Of a DNA stretch of 64,000 nucleotides, positions 19,804 to 30,400 are shown one piece after another. The notes under the pieces were generated by a model. The model was not told the DNA's origin, searched no databases, and worked only from the letters and a program-made list of their open reading frames with translations. Source of the DNA: Bacteroidaceae bacterium (GTDB taxonomy: Bacteria > Bacteroidota > Bacteroidia > Bacteroidales > Bacteroidaceae); NCBI GenBank assembly GCA_021443335.1, contig JABUUE010000001.1, forward strand, positions 31,785-95,784, in the 5' to 3' direction. Positions within the stretch are counted from its first letter, which is position 1, and every line of letters begins with the position of its first letter. The position numbers and the translations under genes were made by a program.

Positions 19804-20772
19804 ATGGAAAAAAGATATTTAATTCCCGAAGACTATCACGCAGACCCTTCTGTTCACGTTTTTGAAGGCAAGCTGCACGTTTATCCATCACACGACTGGG
19901 ACTGCACAGACACCGAGAACGACAATGGCGACCAGTACGACATGAAAGACTATCATTGCTTCACCATCGAGGGAGACCCGATGACAGGAGAGGTTGTTGA
20001 CCACGGAGTGATACTTTCTGTTGACGACATTCCTTGGCACGGTCGCCAGCTATGGGACTGCGATATCCAAGAGCGCAACGGCAAGTATTACCTCTACTTC
20101 CCGCTGAAAGACCGCAACGACATTTTCCGCATGGGAGTTGCCATCGCCGATAAGCCTACAGGACCTTTCAAATCTATGGACTACCCTATCCACGGCTCTT
20201 ACTCCATTGACTACGCCTGCCTTAAAGACGACGCTGACGGCGAATACTACATGTATTTCGGAGGTATTTGGGGAGGTCAGCTCCAGCGCTATGTTGACAA
20301 CAAGGCTGTAGAAGCGCCATACCTGCCACAAGGCAGCGAGGAAGCAATTCTGCCACGCGTCGTGAAGATGAAGGAAAACATGGTTGAGTTTGCTGAGGAG
20401 CCACGTGCAGTGGAAATTCTCGACGAGAACGGCAAGCGTCTCACAGCCGATAACCCTTATCGCTTCTTTGAGGCTTCGTGGGTACACAAGTACAACGGCA
20501 AGTATTACTTCTCATACTCTACCGGCGACACACACATGATATGTTACGCTATCGGCGATAATCCTTACGGACCTTTCACATACCAAGGCGTTGTACTGAC
20601 ACCAGTGAAGGCAGGTTGGACTACCCACCACTGTATCGTGGAATGGGACGGCAAATGGTATCTCTTCCATCACGACTCAGTGCCATCAGGAGGTAAGTCT
20701 TGGTGCCGTTCACTCAAAGTCTGCGAACTCCAATACGACGAGAACGGAAAAATACAGACTATTGAGGGATAA
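19804..20772 (+). CDS. GH43 beta-xylosidase/arabinofuranosidase (XynB-like, no signal peptide)
   Basis: ADPSVHVF, YPSHD, GGIWGGQLQ, FFEASW, WTTHH. Confidence 0.92.
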   Translation: MEKRYLIPEDYHADPSVHVFEGKLHVYPSHDWDCTDTENDNGDQYDMKDYHCFTIEGDPMTGEVVDHGVILSVDDIPWHGRQLWDCDIQERNGKYYLYFPLKDRNDIFRMGVAIADKPTGPFKSMDYPIHGSYSIDYACLKDDADGEYYMYFGGIWGGQLQRYVDNKAVEAPYLPQGSEEAILPRVVKMKENMVEFAEEPRAVEILDENGKRLTADNPYRFFEASWVHKYNGKYYFSYSTGDTHMICYAIGDNPYGPFTYQGVVLTPVKAGWTTHHCIVEWDGKWYLFHHDSVPSGGKSWCRSLKVCELQYDENGKIQTIEG

Positions 20773-20788
20773 GGCAAATCAATAATTA

Positions 20789-21121
20789 TGCATGCGCAAT
20801 TATTAGTTGGTATTTAAGTTGGTATTAACTTGAATTTTGCTTGAATTCAAAAATACTTTAAAAATATAGGCGTATAGGTTAAATGCTTATGACCTTTGGG
20901 GGTTGAATGAAACGGCGTTCGAGTTTCGGCGATACAGCGTTCGAGTTTCGGCGATACTGCATTCGAGTTTCGGCGATACAGCATTCGAGTTTCCCTAATA
21001 CTCCAAACGCACTGCTATAACCCCTACCTTTAATTTGTTTTTAACTTCTTACAAAATATCTTAATTTGTTTTTAACTTCTTTAACAAATCAACTGAATAC
21101 CAACTAATAATTGTGCATGCA
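20789..21121. mobile_element. MITE-like 333-bp element with 26-bp terminal inverted repeats and internal 22-bp tandem repeats
   Basis: tgcatgcgcaattattagttggtatt (20789-20814) is the inverse of 21096-21121 with 1 mismatch; no ORF inside; no clear target duplication. Confidence 0.6.
20915..20993 (-). repeat. 22-bp tandem repeat x3.6
   Basis: gc(g/a)ttcgagtttcggcgatac(a/t). Confidence 0.9.
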
Positions 21122-21157
21122 AAAAACATTTTCTTGTAAACATTCGTTCCCCCTGTC

Positions 21158-23623
21158 TCAGAACTTTAATTCGATTTTTCTCGTTACCTTTATTTTGTTG
21201 CCGTAGTTGACGGTCAGCTTCACTGTCTTTGCTTTGTCTGATAGACTTGATGCTTTCTGCGAACGGAGTATAATCATTGCCGCGCCGTCGTGGAGCGGAT
21301 ACTCGGCAGTCTTCTTGTCGGTTGACAGTGGTACATTGAGGTAGTCACAGGTCATATCGCCATTGCTGAGAGCAGCAATTTCAGCGTTGCCCTCGATGGT
21401 GACAGAGAACAGTTCTTTTTCGTTATATATGCGACGGCCCTTTTTATCGACAGCAAAAATGCGCACATGCTGCAGGTCGAGACCGTCGGACTTCCACTCA
21501 CTGTTGTCTGTCTCGATAAGGAGTGCCGACAGCTTCTCCGGTGTCTCAATGGCGTGGGTCGCAACAGGCTTACCGTTGTTATAGGCTATGGCTTCTGCCT
21601 TGCCCGGCTCGTATGCAATGTTTGTAAAGACGAACTTGTTACGCTTGTCGGCGTGTGCGCGGTCGTTTGACAGTCTGCCCATACTCTTTCCGTTAATCTT
21701 CAGCTCCACCTCGTCAGCGTTGGAGAAGGCTGTGAGGGTGACTGGTGTCGCTCCCCCACTCCAGTTTTCGGTGAGTTCCATTGTGCCCTGAACAACTCCG
21801 TTCCACTCGTTCGCTGCTGCTCCTTTAAGCACAGAGAGGTGTACGAGAGGCTCGTCGTCCACGAAATAGCTCTTGATGAAATAGGCTGTTGGCTTGGGCT
21901 GCAGCGTGATGTCAAACTCGCCGAGTGTCCAGCCCTTGCGCGGCCATCCCATGCTCTCGCCGAGATAATCTATGGCACCCCAGTAAGCCAGTCCAACAAC
22001 TTTGTCAAGGTCCATCTCAAAGAAGTTTTTGCCGAGTCCTTGCGTGTTTGCCTCCGACTGGTAGAACTTCATCCATGGGAAGCGACGGCTGTCGCCAGGG
22101 AAGTACATATAGCGGTAGTTGTAAGCGGCTATGTCGGTCTCGTGAACGAGTGGCGCGGGCAATGAGTCGGTGTCAACATCGCGGAAGCGCGGGTGCATGG
22201 CAACGGTGACAGGACGTGTGGTGTCGTAGCGGTTAAGCAGCGTCTTTTGCAGACGGAAGTTTGTCACTCCCCAGTCGGCGTAGGTCATGCCCCACTCCTG
22301 CTGTAGTTCGTTGCCTAAACTCCACATCACGACTGATGGGTGGTTGCGATCGCGTCTTATCCACTCGGATATGTCGTGCTGCCACTGCTCCGTCCAGCTG
22401 ACGCGGTCGCCGCAGAACTGCTTGAGCCATTTGTCGTAAAGCTCATCGACGACGAGAATGCCGTACTTGTCACATAGCCTGAGGAAACTTTCGGAGTAAG
22501 GGTTGTGGGATGTGCGTATGTGATTGAATCCGAATTGTTTAAGCATCTTTATGCGTTTCTCAATAGCCTTTTCATGAGCGGCAGCACCAAGGGCTCCGAG
22601 GGTGTGATGATTGGCTAATCCTTTGAGCAGAACTTTCTTGCCGTTGAGTTTGAATCCATAGTCGGCTCCGTATTCTATTGTGCGCAGACCGAACTGCTCC
22701 TGCCACTCGTCGTAAGGCTTGCCGCTATTGTCGAGAACGGCTATATGGGCTGTGTAAAGATGAGGATTGTCTAAATCCCACAGCACTGGAGAAACGATGG
22801 CAAGGCTGTCAAGACGATATTCGTTGGTACGCTGACGAGCGTAGTATTTCTTCTTCAATATCTTGCTTGCCACAACAGTGCCGGCAGCGTCAGTAATGCT
22901 GACGGAGAAAGTGAGGGAGTCTATCTTCCGCTTTGACAGATTGCTGACCTCTGCGAGGAGATAAACCTGGACAGGAGAAGCTGCAGCAGACACCTTGTGG
23001 TCGGACTTCTTGGTTAGGAAACTGTTGTCGAGGGATGTTGTGATTTGCAGCGGATGACGTGTGAAGAAAACCTCCTTGTTGGTGAGGATGATGTTGACAT
23101 CGCGGTAAAGTCCGCCACCTGTGTACCAGCGTGAACTCTTCGGATTCTGTGGATAGGCAGAGACTTCAATGGTGTTCTCCTTTCCCCATTTTAGCTTGTC
23201 GGTGATGTCGCACTCGAAGCCGAGATACCCGTAATCGGTCTTGCCTATAAGTTCGCCGTTGAGGTAAGCGTCGCCAACAAGCATGATACCTTCAAAATCA
23301 ATGAGCACACGGCGGTTGCGCCACGACTCGTCGGGAACGAAAGTCTTCTTGTAATAGCCGTTGTTGAGTTCCTTGAAGGCGCGTGCCGATAGTCGGCTTT
23401 TGATGTTTGCAGCCTCGTTGTTCATCTCCGCCTTCTCGTCGGCAGAGGGCGCCACCCACGGCTGCTCTATGAGGTAGTCGTGAGGAAGGTTGACATTGCG
23501 CCAACTTATCTTGTCGTAAGAGAACTGCCAGTCAAAATTAAACAAGATTCTCTCGCGTTGCGCATTGGCAAGGAAGGAAAAAATGGAGAGAAGAAGGGGA
23601 AGGATTTTTTTTAAGTTGTTCAT
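21158..23623 (-). CDS. GH2 glycoside hydrolase (beta-galactosidase-like)
   Basis: SRWYTGGGLYR, IRTSHNP, RNHPSVVMWSLGNE, DYLGE; start placed at MNNLKK. Confidence 0.9.
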   Translation of the reverse strand: MNNLKKILPLLLSIFSFLANAQRERILFNFDWQFSYDKISWRNVNLPHDYLIEQPWVAPSADEKAEMNNEAANIKSRLSARAFKELNNGYYKKTFVPDESWRNRRVLIDFEGIMLVGDAYLNGELIGKTDYGYLGFECDITDKLKWGKENTIEVSAYPQNPKSSRWYTGGGLYRDVNIILTNKEVFFTRHPLQITTSLDNSFLTKKSDHKVSAAASPVQVYLLAEVSNLSKRKIDSLTFSVSITDAAGTVVASKILKKKYYARQRTNEYRLDSLAIVSPVLWDLDNPHLYTAHIAVLDNSGKPYDEWQEQFGLRTIEYGADYGFKLNGKKVLLKGLANHHTLGALGAAAHEKAIEKRIKMLKQFGFNHIRTSHNPYSESFLRLCDKYGILVVDELYDKWLKQFCGDRVSWTEQWQHDISEWIRRDRNHPSVVMWSLGNELQQEWGMTYADWGVTNFRLQKTLLNRYDTTRPVTVAMHPRFRDVDTDSLPAPLVHETDIAAYNYRYMYFPGDSRRFPWMKFYQSEANTQGLGKNFFEMDLDKVVGLAYWGAIDYLGESMGWPRKGWTLGEFDITLQPKPTAYFIKSYFVDDEPLVHLSVLKGAAANEWNGVVQGTMELTENWSGGATPVTLTAFSNADEVELKINGKSMGRLSNDRAHADKRNKFVFTNIAYEPGKAEAIAYNNGKPVATHAIETPEKLSALLIETDNSEWKSDGLDLQHVRIFAVDKKGRRIYNEKELFSVTIEGNAEIAALSNGDMTCDYLNVPLSTDKKTAEYPLHDGAAMIILRSQKASSLSDKAKTVKLTVNYGNKIKVTRKIELKF

Positions 23624-23679
23624 GGAATTAATGTTAAGGAAATCAAGGAGTTGCAACTCCTTATGTATTTTGGCAATTA

Positions 23680-23716
23680 CTCCACTCTCTGCCAGGAGAG
23701 GGGTTAGGGGTGAGGC
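23680..23716 (+). repeat. Purine-rich REP-like element
   Basis: ctccactctctgccaggagaggggttaggggtgaggc; related copies near 36530, 40070, 40181 and 44749. Confidence 0.6.
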
Positions 23717-23718
23717 TT

Positions 23719-24981
23719 TTAATTCCCATCCGGTTTTGCAAATTCTTTAAGCGGCGAAGGCGTCCAATGGAAATTCTGCCAATCGTCGGGTTGCGCGGGG
23801 TTGAAGTCCTGCCATAAAGGGCGGAGGAAGGCAGCGAGAGGACTGTTAGTCTGTTTCAATCCCATGACAATCATTTTGGAAATCTCATAGGCTCCGAAAG
23901 GATTGAAATGAGTGTTGTCGGCGAAATCAGTTTTCTGACCTTCGAATGTTCCGCGCTTGTAGTGAACAAGTGCCCGCTTGCTGTCTTCGAAGCCGAGTGT
24001 CTCGTAGAAGGTCTTGGTCATTGCAGAGAGGTCGATAAGCGGTATCTGCTCACGCTGCGCGATGGCCTTGATGGCGTCAGGATAGTCTCCATGGGTGTTC
24101 TTGATAATCTTGTTGCCATCTTCCCAGAAGCGGCGGTGGGTAGGAGTGCAGAGGATGATGTTGCCTCCCTTCTCGCTGACCTGGTCGATGAATATTTTCA
24201 TGCGGTAAGAGAAATGATACCACGCTCCCTTGCCGGGCTTGGTGTCTTTCTCGTCGTTGTGGGCGAACTCTACGATGACATAGTCGCCCTTTTTCATTTG
24301 TGAGAGTATCTTGTCGAGACGGTGCGAAGCGAGGAATGAGAAGGTTGCCATTCCGCTCTCGGCATGATTGGCAAAAGCCACTTGATCGTTGAACCACAGC
24401 GGAATAATCTGCCCCCAGCTACACCAAGGGTCGTAGTTCTGGTCAACGACTGTGGAGTTTCCGCAGAGGAAGACTGTTGGACAGGTGTCGTTGCGCTCTA
24501 CATTTATTGACTGCACGGCAGGGTTGTCGCCCGTAATCTCTATGGTCAGGAGATTGTCCCAGTTGAGATATGTTTTCTCTCTTGGCTTCAGTGCAACACT
24601 TGTTTTCTCGTCAATCTGCGGACTACGCTTGTTGACAACGAAAGATACCGTCTCCATCTTGCCCTTCTTGGTAATCAGGTCATGGACAAAGAGACGACGG
24701 CTCTCTGCCCTCACTGTGGTGGAAGCGGCGTGTTTCTTGGAGCCAATAACCATGGTAACGGTGTAGTTGCCGTCTGGAACTTTGAAGCTAATAAACTGGC
24801 TATTGGTTTGTGTAGTCATGTTCTCGCCCGAAAAACGCTTTACGACATCGTCAATGCCGTAACCTGTCTCATCAGTGTAAGCCGCCACAGACTTTGTCAT
24901 ATCTACATGGAAAGACTGGGCAAAAAGAGTGAGAGGGAGAAACGCGAGAAGAAAGGGAAGTAAAGGTTTAAAGTACTTCAT
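23719..24981 (-). CDS. CE12 rhamnogalacturonan acetylesterase (SGNH)
   Basis: FLCGNSTV, SWGQ, NHAESG, FAHND, DNTHFN; N-terminal beta-sandwich domain. Confidence 0.88.
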   Translation of the reverse strand: MKYFKPLLPFLLAFLPLTLFAQSFHVDMTKSVAAYTDETGYGIDDVVKRFSGENMTTQTNSQFISFKVPDGNYTVTMVIGSKKHAASTTVRAESRRLFVHDLITKKGKMETVSFVVNKRSPQIDEKTSVALKPREKTYLNWDNLLTIEITGDNPAVQSINVERNDTCPTVFLCGNSTVVDQNYDPWCSWGQIIPLWFNDQVAFANHAESGMATFSFLASHRLDKILSQMKKGDYVIVEFAHNDEKDTKPGKGAWYHFSYRMKIFIDQVSEKGGNIILCTPTHRRFWEDGNKIIKNTHGDYPDAIKAIAQREQIPLIDLSAMTKTFYETLGFEDSKRALVHYKRGTFEGQKTDFADNTHFNPFGAYEISKMIVMGLKQTNSPLAAFLRPLWQDFNPAQPDDWQNFHWTPSPLKEFAKPDGN

Positions 24982-25207
24982 GAAGATTGTTAAGGATATA
25001 TTTAAAGGAGGGCATGGAGTTGCAAAGAGTTTTTTATTTCAGTAAGTGACATAATTCTATATCTTATAGAGAAAAGTTCAAGACATTAGCAATATGTTTT
25101 CGAGCTTTCGAAGTTTCGGCATTTCGATATTTCGAGGTCTCATAGCTATTGTCTTGAACTCCTTGGAATTCTTGCAACTCCTTGAATTCCTTATTTATTT
25201 TCTACTT

Positions 25208-27184
25208 TTATTTAAACGGCAAGTACCAGTTGTTTGGATCGAGCAGTGACTTTGTAGGATTATTCTTTTTCAGTTTGTCGGCGAACCAGATGGAGCCAAA
25301 GTTCGCGCCGTAGGTAGTGTCGGCATTCTTATGGCGCGCTATGCGTTGGAGGTCGGAGAAACGTGTGCCCTCAAAAGCGAACTCAAAGGCATACTCGTCG
25401 CAGAGAAGGTCTTCGACTGCGTTAATGTATTCAGCCTTGTCATACTGCCCTTGCTTGGCGACAGAAAATTTCTCGCGAATCTTGTCGATACGAGCTTCTA
25501 CAACGGTCTTGTATGTGTAAGTGGAACGGAGGTCCTCTACAGCTCCTGCTCCATGGAAGTGGATTCCGACAATCTCCTTACGTGCGGTGTTCTCGAAATA
25601 AGGTGCGTTGGCCGCTGAGAGGAAATCCAGATTACCTTCAGTGAGTTTCTTGTAAGAGTTGTAAGGGATATAGTAATTCTCCTGCGGAATCTTGTTTTCT
25701 TCTACATAGGCAGTGTCAACATAAGATTTCAAGCCGGTGTGGATACCGCTTTTCAAAACTGCGAACGCGAGTTCTGGTTCTCCCATACGGTTTAAAGCCT
25801 CGGCAAGGCGCAGATAGACAGTAGTGTTTCTATAAAGATAGATAAATCCTGTTGCAGGCTTCTGGACATAGAGTTTTGTTGAGTCAGCATTCATTCCCTT
25901 TGCAATCATGTTGGAACGTCCGTCGCCGAGATTTGCAGACTTGAAAATGTAACGAGTTGTAACAACAGAGGGGTCTTTCTCGTTACTGATGTAATAGAAA
26001 GGAGCAGAATGAAGCATTGAAAGATAATCAGTGGATGGCTGCACCTGCATCTCGTTAGACTCTGGACACTCGAAGATGTGATAGCGTGAGACTCTGTTGT
26101 TTGTGCTTGCATAGTAGTCGTAGCCAAATGCCTGCGGAACATTTGTTGTCTGTCCCATAGTGTAGTTCACTGCCATCGGGATATATGATATAACCTCGTT
26201 TTCGTTAGGCTGTCCGGAACGGAGATCATAACTGAAGATGGCGTCCCAAGCATCTATGGTATAAGTTAAATACTTTTCGTTCTCAATGTAGTTGAAATCG
26301 AGCGGGAGGTCAATTCCGCCCTGGTCGTGATTGAAGAGAAAGTTGCATTTATTGTTTGAAATCTTGCTTATGTTGGTCTTTGACTGCGAAAGCAGGTAGT
26401 CGTGATAAGCTTCTGCCGCGCGCTTGTACTCTCCCATCTCAAGGTAGATATCGCCAAGCACAACATTGATTGGAAGGAAGCACTTGGACGGAATCATGGT
26501 CTTTGTGCGTGAGTTGGAGTAGTTTAGGTGTCCGATGCTGACCGATGCCTGATAATAAGGCACAGAAAGGAACTCATCGCTATATCGGTTTTTCAAATCC
26601 TGGAGATAATCAGCCTGTGACTGTAGAATAGTCATATATGGTGTGCGCTCAGTCGTTGCGTTTATCTCGGAAACAGACATCACTGGCGAAGTAACATAAG
26701 GTACATCGCCATACTGCTTTGCTAACTGGAGGTAAGCCCAGGCACGGAAGGCTGCAATTCCGACAAACTCGTTGATAGTGACATTCTTTGTTCCTGACAG
26801 GAGCGTCGTGTCACGTTTTTGCAAATAGTAGTTGCAGTTGTTGATAACCTTGTAATAGACATAAACACTATCGTATTTGTTCTCCGTGCCCGCAGAGAAG
26901 TCGGCGAGGTTTTTAAGGTGCGTCGTGGCATTGGATGTTGGCGCAACAAGGTCGCCGCGCATCTCGTTCTGGAAGTAATACTGGTCAGCGAGCTGTTGCA
27001 TGGCCTGCATAATTCCATAAGCGTAGAACACGGAGTCGGTCTTGTCGTTTAGATTCGGGTCGGTGACAAGTCGAGAACTTTTCGTATTGAGCATGTCAGC
27101 GCATGAAGCAAGAAGACACACACTCATTAATAGAAAGTATGAAGTACAATGTACGAAGTACGAAGTATGATTACCTTTTGCCAT
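25208..27184 (-). CDS. SusD/RagB family lipoprotein
   Basis: LASC lipobox, YKVINNCNY, YLRLAEALN, FAFEGTRFSDLQR. Confidence 0.9.
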   Translation of the reverse strand: MAKGNHTSYFVHCTSYFLLMSVCLLASCADMLNTKSSRLVTDPNLNDKTDSVFYAYGIMQAMQQLADQYYFQNEMRGDLVAPTSNATTHLKNLADFSAGTENKYDSVYVYYKVINNCNYYLQKRDTTLLSGTKNVTINEFVGIAAFRAWAYLQLAKQYGDVPYVTSPVMSVSEINATTERTPYMTILQSQADYLQDLKNRYSDEFLSVPYYQASVSIGHLNYSNSRTKTMIPSKCFLPINVVLGDIYLEMGEYKRAAEAYHDYLLSQSKTNISKISNNKCNFLFNHDQGGIDLPLDFNYIENEKYLTYTIDAWDAIFSYDLRSGQPNENEVISYIPMAVNYTMGQTTNVPQAFGYDYYASTNNRVSRYHIFECPESNEMQVQPSTDYLSMLHSAPFYYISNEKDPSVVTTRYIFKSANLGDGRSNMIAKGMNADSTKLYVQKPATGFIYLYRNTTVYLRLAEALNRMGEPELAFAVLKSGIHTGLKSYVDTAYVEENKIPQENYYIPYNSYKKLTEGNLDFLSAANAPYFENTARKEIVGIHFHGAGAVEDLRSTYTYKTVVEARIDKIREKFSVAKQGQYDKAEYINAVEDLLCDEYAFEFAFEGTRFSDLQRIARHKNADTTYGANFGSIWFADKLKKNNPTKSLLDPNNWYLPFK

Positions 27185-27203
27185 AGGTCGTTTAATCGTT
27201 TTA

Positions 27204-27397
27204 GGTGGGTTCTATAAATTAGCTTGCGGCATTATTGAGATTTTTTATTAAGTAGATTGACTTTCATTTTGTAACGATAGATAACATTTTTTGTTACAAA
27301 AGGGAAGGTAAGATGCTAATAAAAAACTCAAAATGACCAAGCCATACATAAACCCATTAATTGTTAAACTTGTGGGAACTAATTTTTAGAACCCACC
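27204..27397. mobile_element. 194-bp MITE, copy 1
   Basis: Terminal inverted repeats GGTGGGTTCTATAAATTA / TAATTTTTAGAACCCACC, TTTA on both flanks, same-length homolog at 61596-61789. Confidence 0.85.
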
Positions 27398-27442
27398 TTT
27401 AAGATTTTAGGAGTTCTGAACTTCTTGAACTTCTTATATAAA

Positions 27443-30400
27443 CTACAGATTAATATTTATACCGATAACAAACTGTCTTCCTTGTGCGATGTTTCCACAA
27501 TCGATGCCCTGGAAGAAATGATTGTTGCTAATACTGAATTCTGGGTCGCTGCCTTTGTAACGAGTTAGGGTGAAAACATTGCGCGCCTCTCCCCAAACAG
27601 AAATGCCTTGCAACCAAGATTCCCAAGATTCTGGAATTGGGATATTGTAACTCAAAGTTATAGTCTTCAATCGTAGGTATGAACCGTCTTCTATCCAGCG
27701 ATCAGAGAAACGGTTGTTTCCTTTCGGATCGCCATAGCAAGCGCGCGGTAAGTCTGTTACTTGACCTTCGTAACGCCAACGTCCAATCTCTGCCACCTGC
27801 TGATTGTAGAGTGTAGCACCAGAGTTTAGCACGGCGCGCTGATAGTTGTAAACATCATTGCCAAGGCTGTAATTGAAGCCTGCGCTCAATTTAAGTCTCT
27901 TCCAAGCAAGTGTGGCAAAGATGTTTCCGTAGAAGTCAGGGTTAGGATTACCAATTATAACTTTGTCAGCCTTGTCAATGCAGCCGTCGCCATTCTGGTC
28001 AACAAACCACACATCACCTGCTTCAAAGTCAACCTTTGCACCTGTCTCGTCAACATAGTAGAGGTTATTTGTCTCAACACCATTCTTGTTGACATGAGAC
28101 TTGCCCGCATTAGCAGCTTCCTGCGTTGTGCTGAAGACTTTATCGTGAGTCTTGTAGCCGTAGAACATCGCAACAGGATTTCCGACGGAGGTGAGTATGT
28201 TGTCTTCGCCGTAAACGGAAGTTGTGAATGAACCTTCTGGAAGTGAACAAACCTCGTTCTTGTAATGTCCAACAGTTACGCCAAGTTCCATGTGCCAGTC
28301 TCTCGTAGCAACAGGTTTGCCGTTGATACCTGCCTCGAAGCCGACATTGCGGAGACTGCCAGAGTTAATCCAGTAGTTGTTGATACCGCCGATAGGATTG
28401 TCGAACGACTTGAGCGTGAGGAGATTGTTTGTGTTGTGGATATAATAATTGAAATTCAGACCAAGACGGTTGGTTAGGAAATTAGCCTGCAGACCGATGT
28501 TCCATTTTGTGGTTGTCTCCCACTTAACCTGGTCGTTGCCAACATTTGTGAGCTGCACACCAATCTGCGTGTAGTTGAAACGAACAGTCGAGAATGTAGT
28601 GGCTGTAGCATAGTTGGAGATACCGTCGTTACCGCTCATGTCAAATCCGGCATTGATGCGCAAATAATTTAAAGCGGTGCTCTTAGGGAACCAGTTTTCA
28701 TTAGACATCACCCAGCCTAACTGTACACTTGGGAAGATAGCCCATTTAACGCCTACGGCTTTCAATGCGTTGGAAGCGTTCTTGCCAAAACGACTGTTTG
28801 CCTCTGCCAACACAGATAGTGTGGCGAAATAACGGTTCTTGTAGCTATAATCTGCATTGGCATACCACTGCATGTTCTTCCAAACATCGTCAACACCATT
28901 GATTGAAGAGTAGTATGTTGTGCCTACAGAAAGCTGCGGGTTCTTGTCGTCAGTACCTCGTGTCTGATATTCTGTCTTCAGGTCACTGCCATCGTAAGAG
29001 TAGTAGTTGTAACGGAAGCCTCCAGTCAAAGCAATATTATGAGCTCCATACTTGTTTTCCCAGTCAAGATGAGTGTTGCTTATGAGGTTTGTTTCCTTGT
29101 TGAAGATAGAAGCAACCTTTGAATAAACAGTACCAAGTCCTTCAATATAGAATGGAGACATACCAATGTTCGGACGGTAATAAGCCTGCGAGCTGCGGTT
29201 GATGTAATAACTAAAATGAGATGTCAGTTTCAGGTGGCTGTTGAACTTGAATGAGGGTTCTATTGCCACATTGAAGAAAGTGTTCTCGTTTCTGTTCTTT
29301 CTGTCACCAGTGGAGTTTTCCAAAAGAGCGAGCGGATTTGAGAGAGAGTATTTCTCGCCCACCGAATTGAAGAGCTCGTCAGCTTCACAAAGAAGGGATG
29401 TGAAATCCTTGATGTTATGGTTGTACTGGTAAGGACTGAGCAGCGGACTCTTCACAAAAGCAAGGAAAGTAGGTGATGTGATAGGTGCAGCCGAAAGGTC
29501 AGGAGCAATTCCGTCGTCGAGCAGGTTTGAATTAATCTTTGAGAAAGAAATGTCAAACTTTGTCGTCAGATTATGGAGCAAATTGATGTCTGTGTTGAAA
29601 CGAACATTGACACGGTCGAATGTCGTGTTCTTCACATTCTTCAAGGTCTGGATATAGGCAACAGAGAGGTTGTACATACCGATATCATCACCACCTTGTA
29701 CATTGATGCTGTAGTTGTGGGTGAAGGCATTGCGGTACATATATTTCTTCCAGTCTGTGTCGTTATGGTAAGTCATGTAACTGTAAGACTTTGGATTGTC
29801 GTTGAGAAACTTGAAATCCATCATTGTTGTAGCACTCTTTTGTGCCAACTGCACCTCTGGCATTGTTCCGAGCATCTCTGTTGCATAAGAACGGAACTGG
29901 TTGGCATTCATGAGCGACGGAGTGGAAGGTATGGTAGTGAAGCCGACAGTTATCTTGGCGTCAATACGAGTAGCCATAGAGTGACCACGCTTTGTCTGTA
30001 TCAGTATCACTCCATTAGCGCCACGAGCACCATATAGAGCTGTGGCATTTTTGAGAATTGTCACCTTGTCAATGTCTTCAGGTGATATAGTGGAAAGCAT
30101 GTTGAAAATGTCTCCCTGATGCAATGAACCACGATCTCTCTGCATATCGAGTTCCACACCATCCACGATAACCATTGGCTGTGACGATGCATTAATGGAG
30201 TTGATACCACGAATGTACATTGACGCTCCTTGTTCAAGGCTACCGGAATGCATTAAGGCATGAACATCCGCACCGAGTTTTGATGAAATTTCCTCGTCAA
30301 TGGTAATTCCCTTGCCGTTGGAGGTGAAACCACTCTTTGCCGTGTAATCAGTACGGTTCTCGTACATCTTCGCAAAAGCGTCGCTGACAAGAACTATTTT

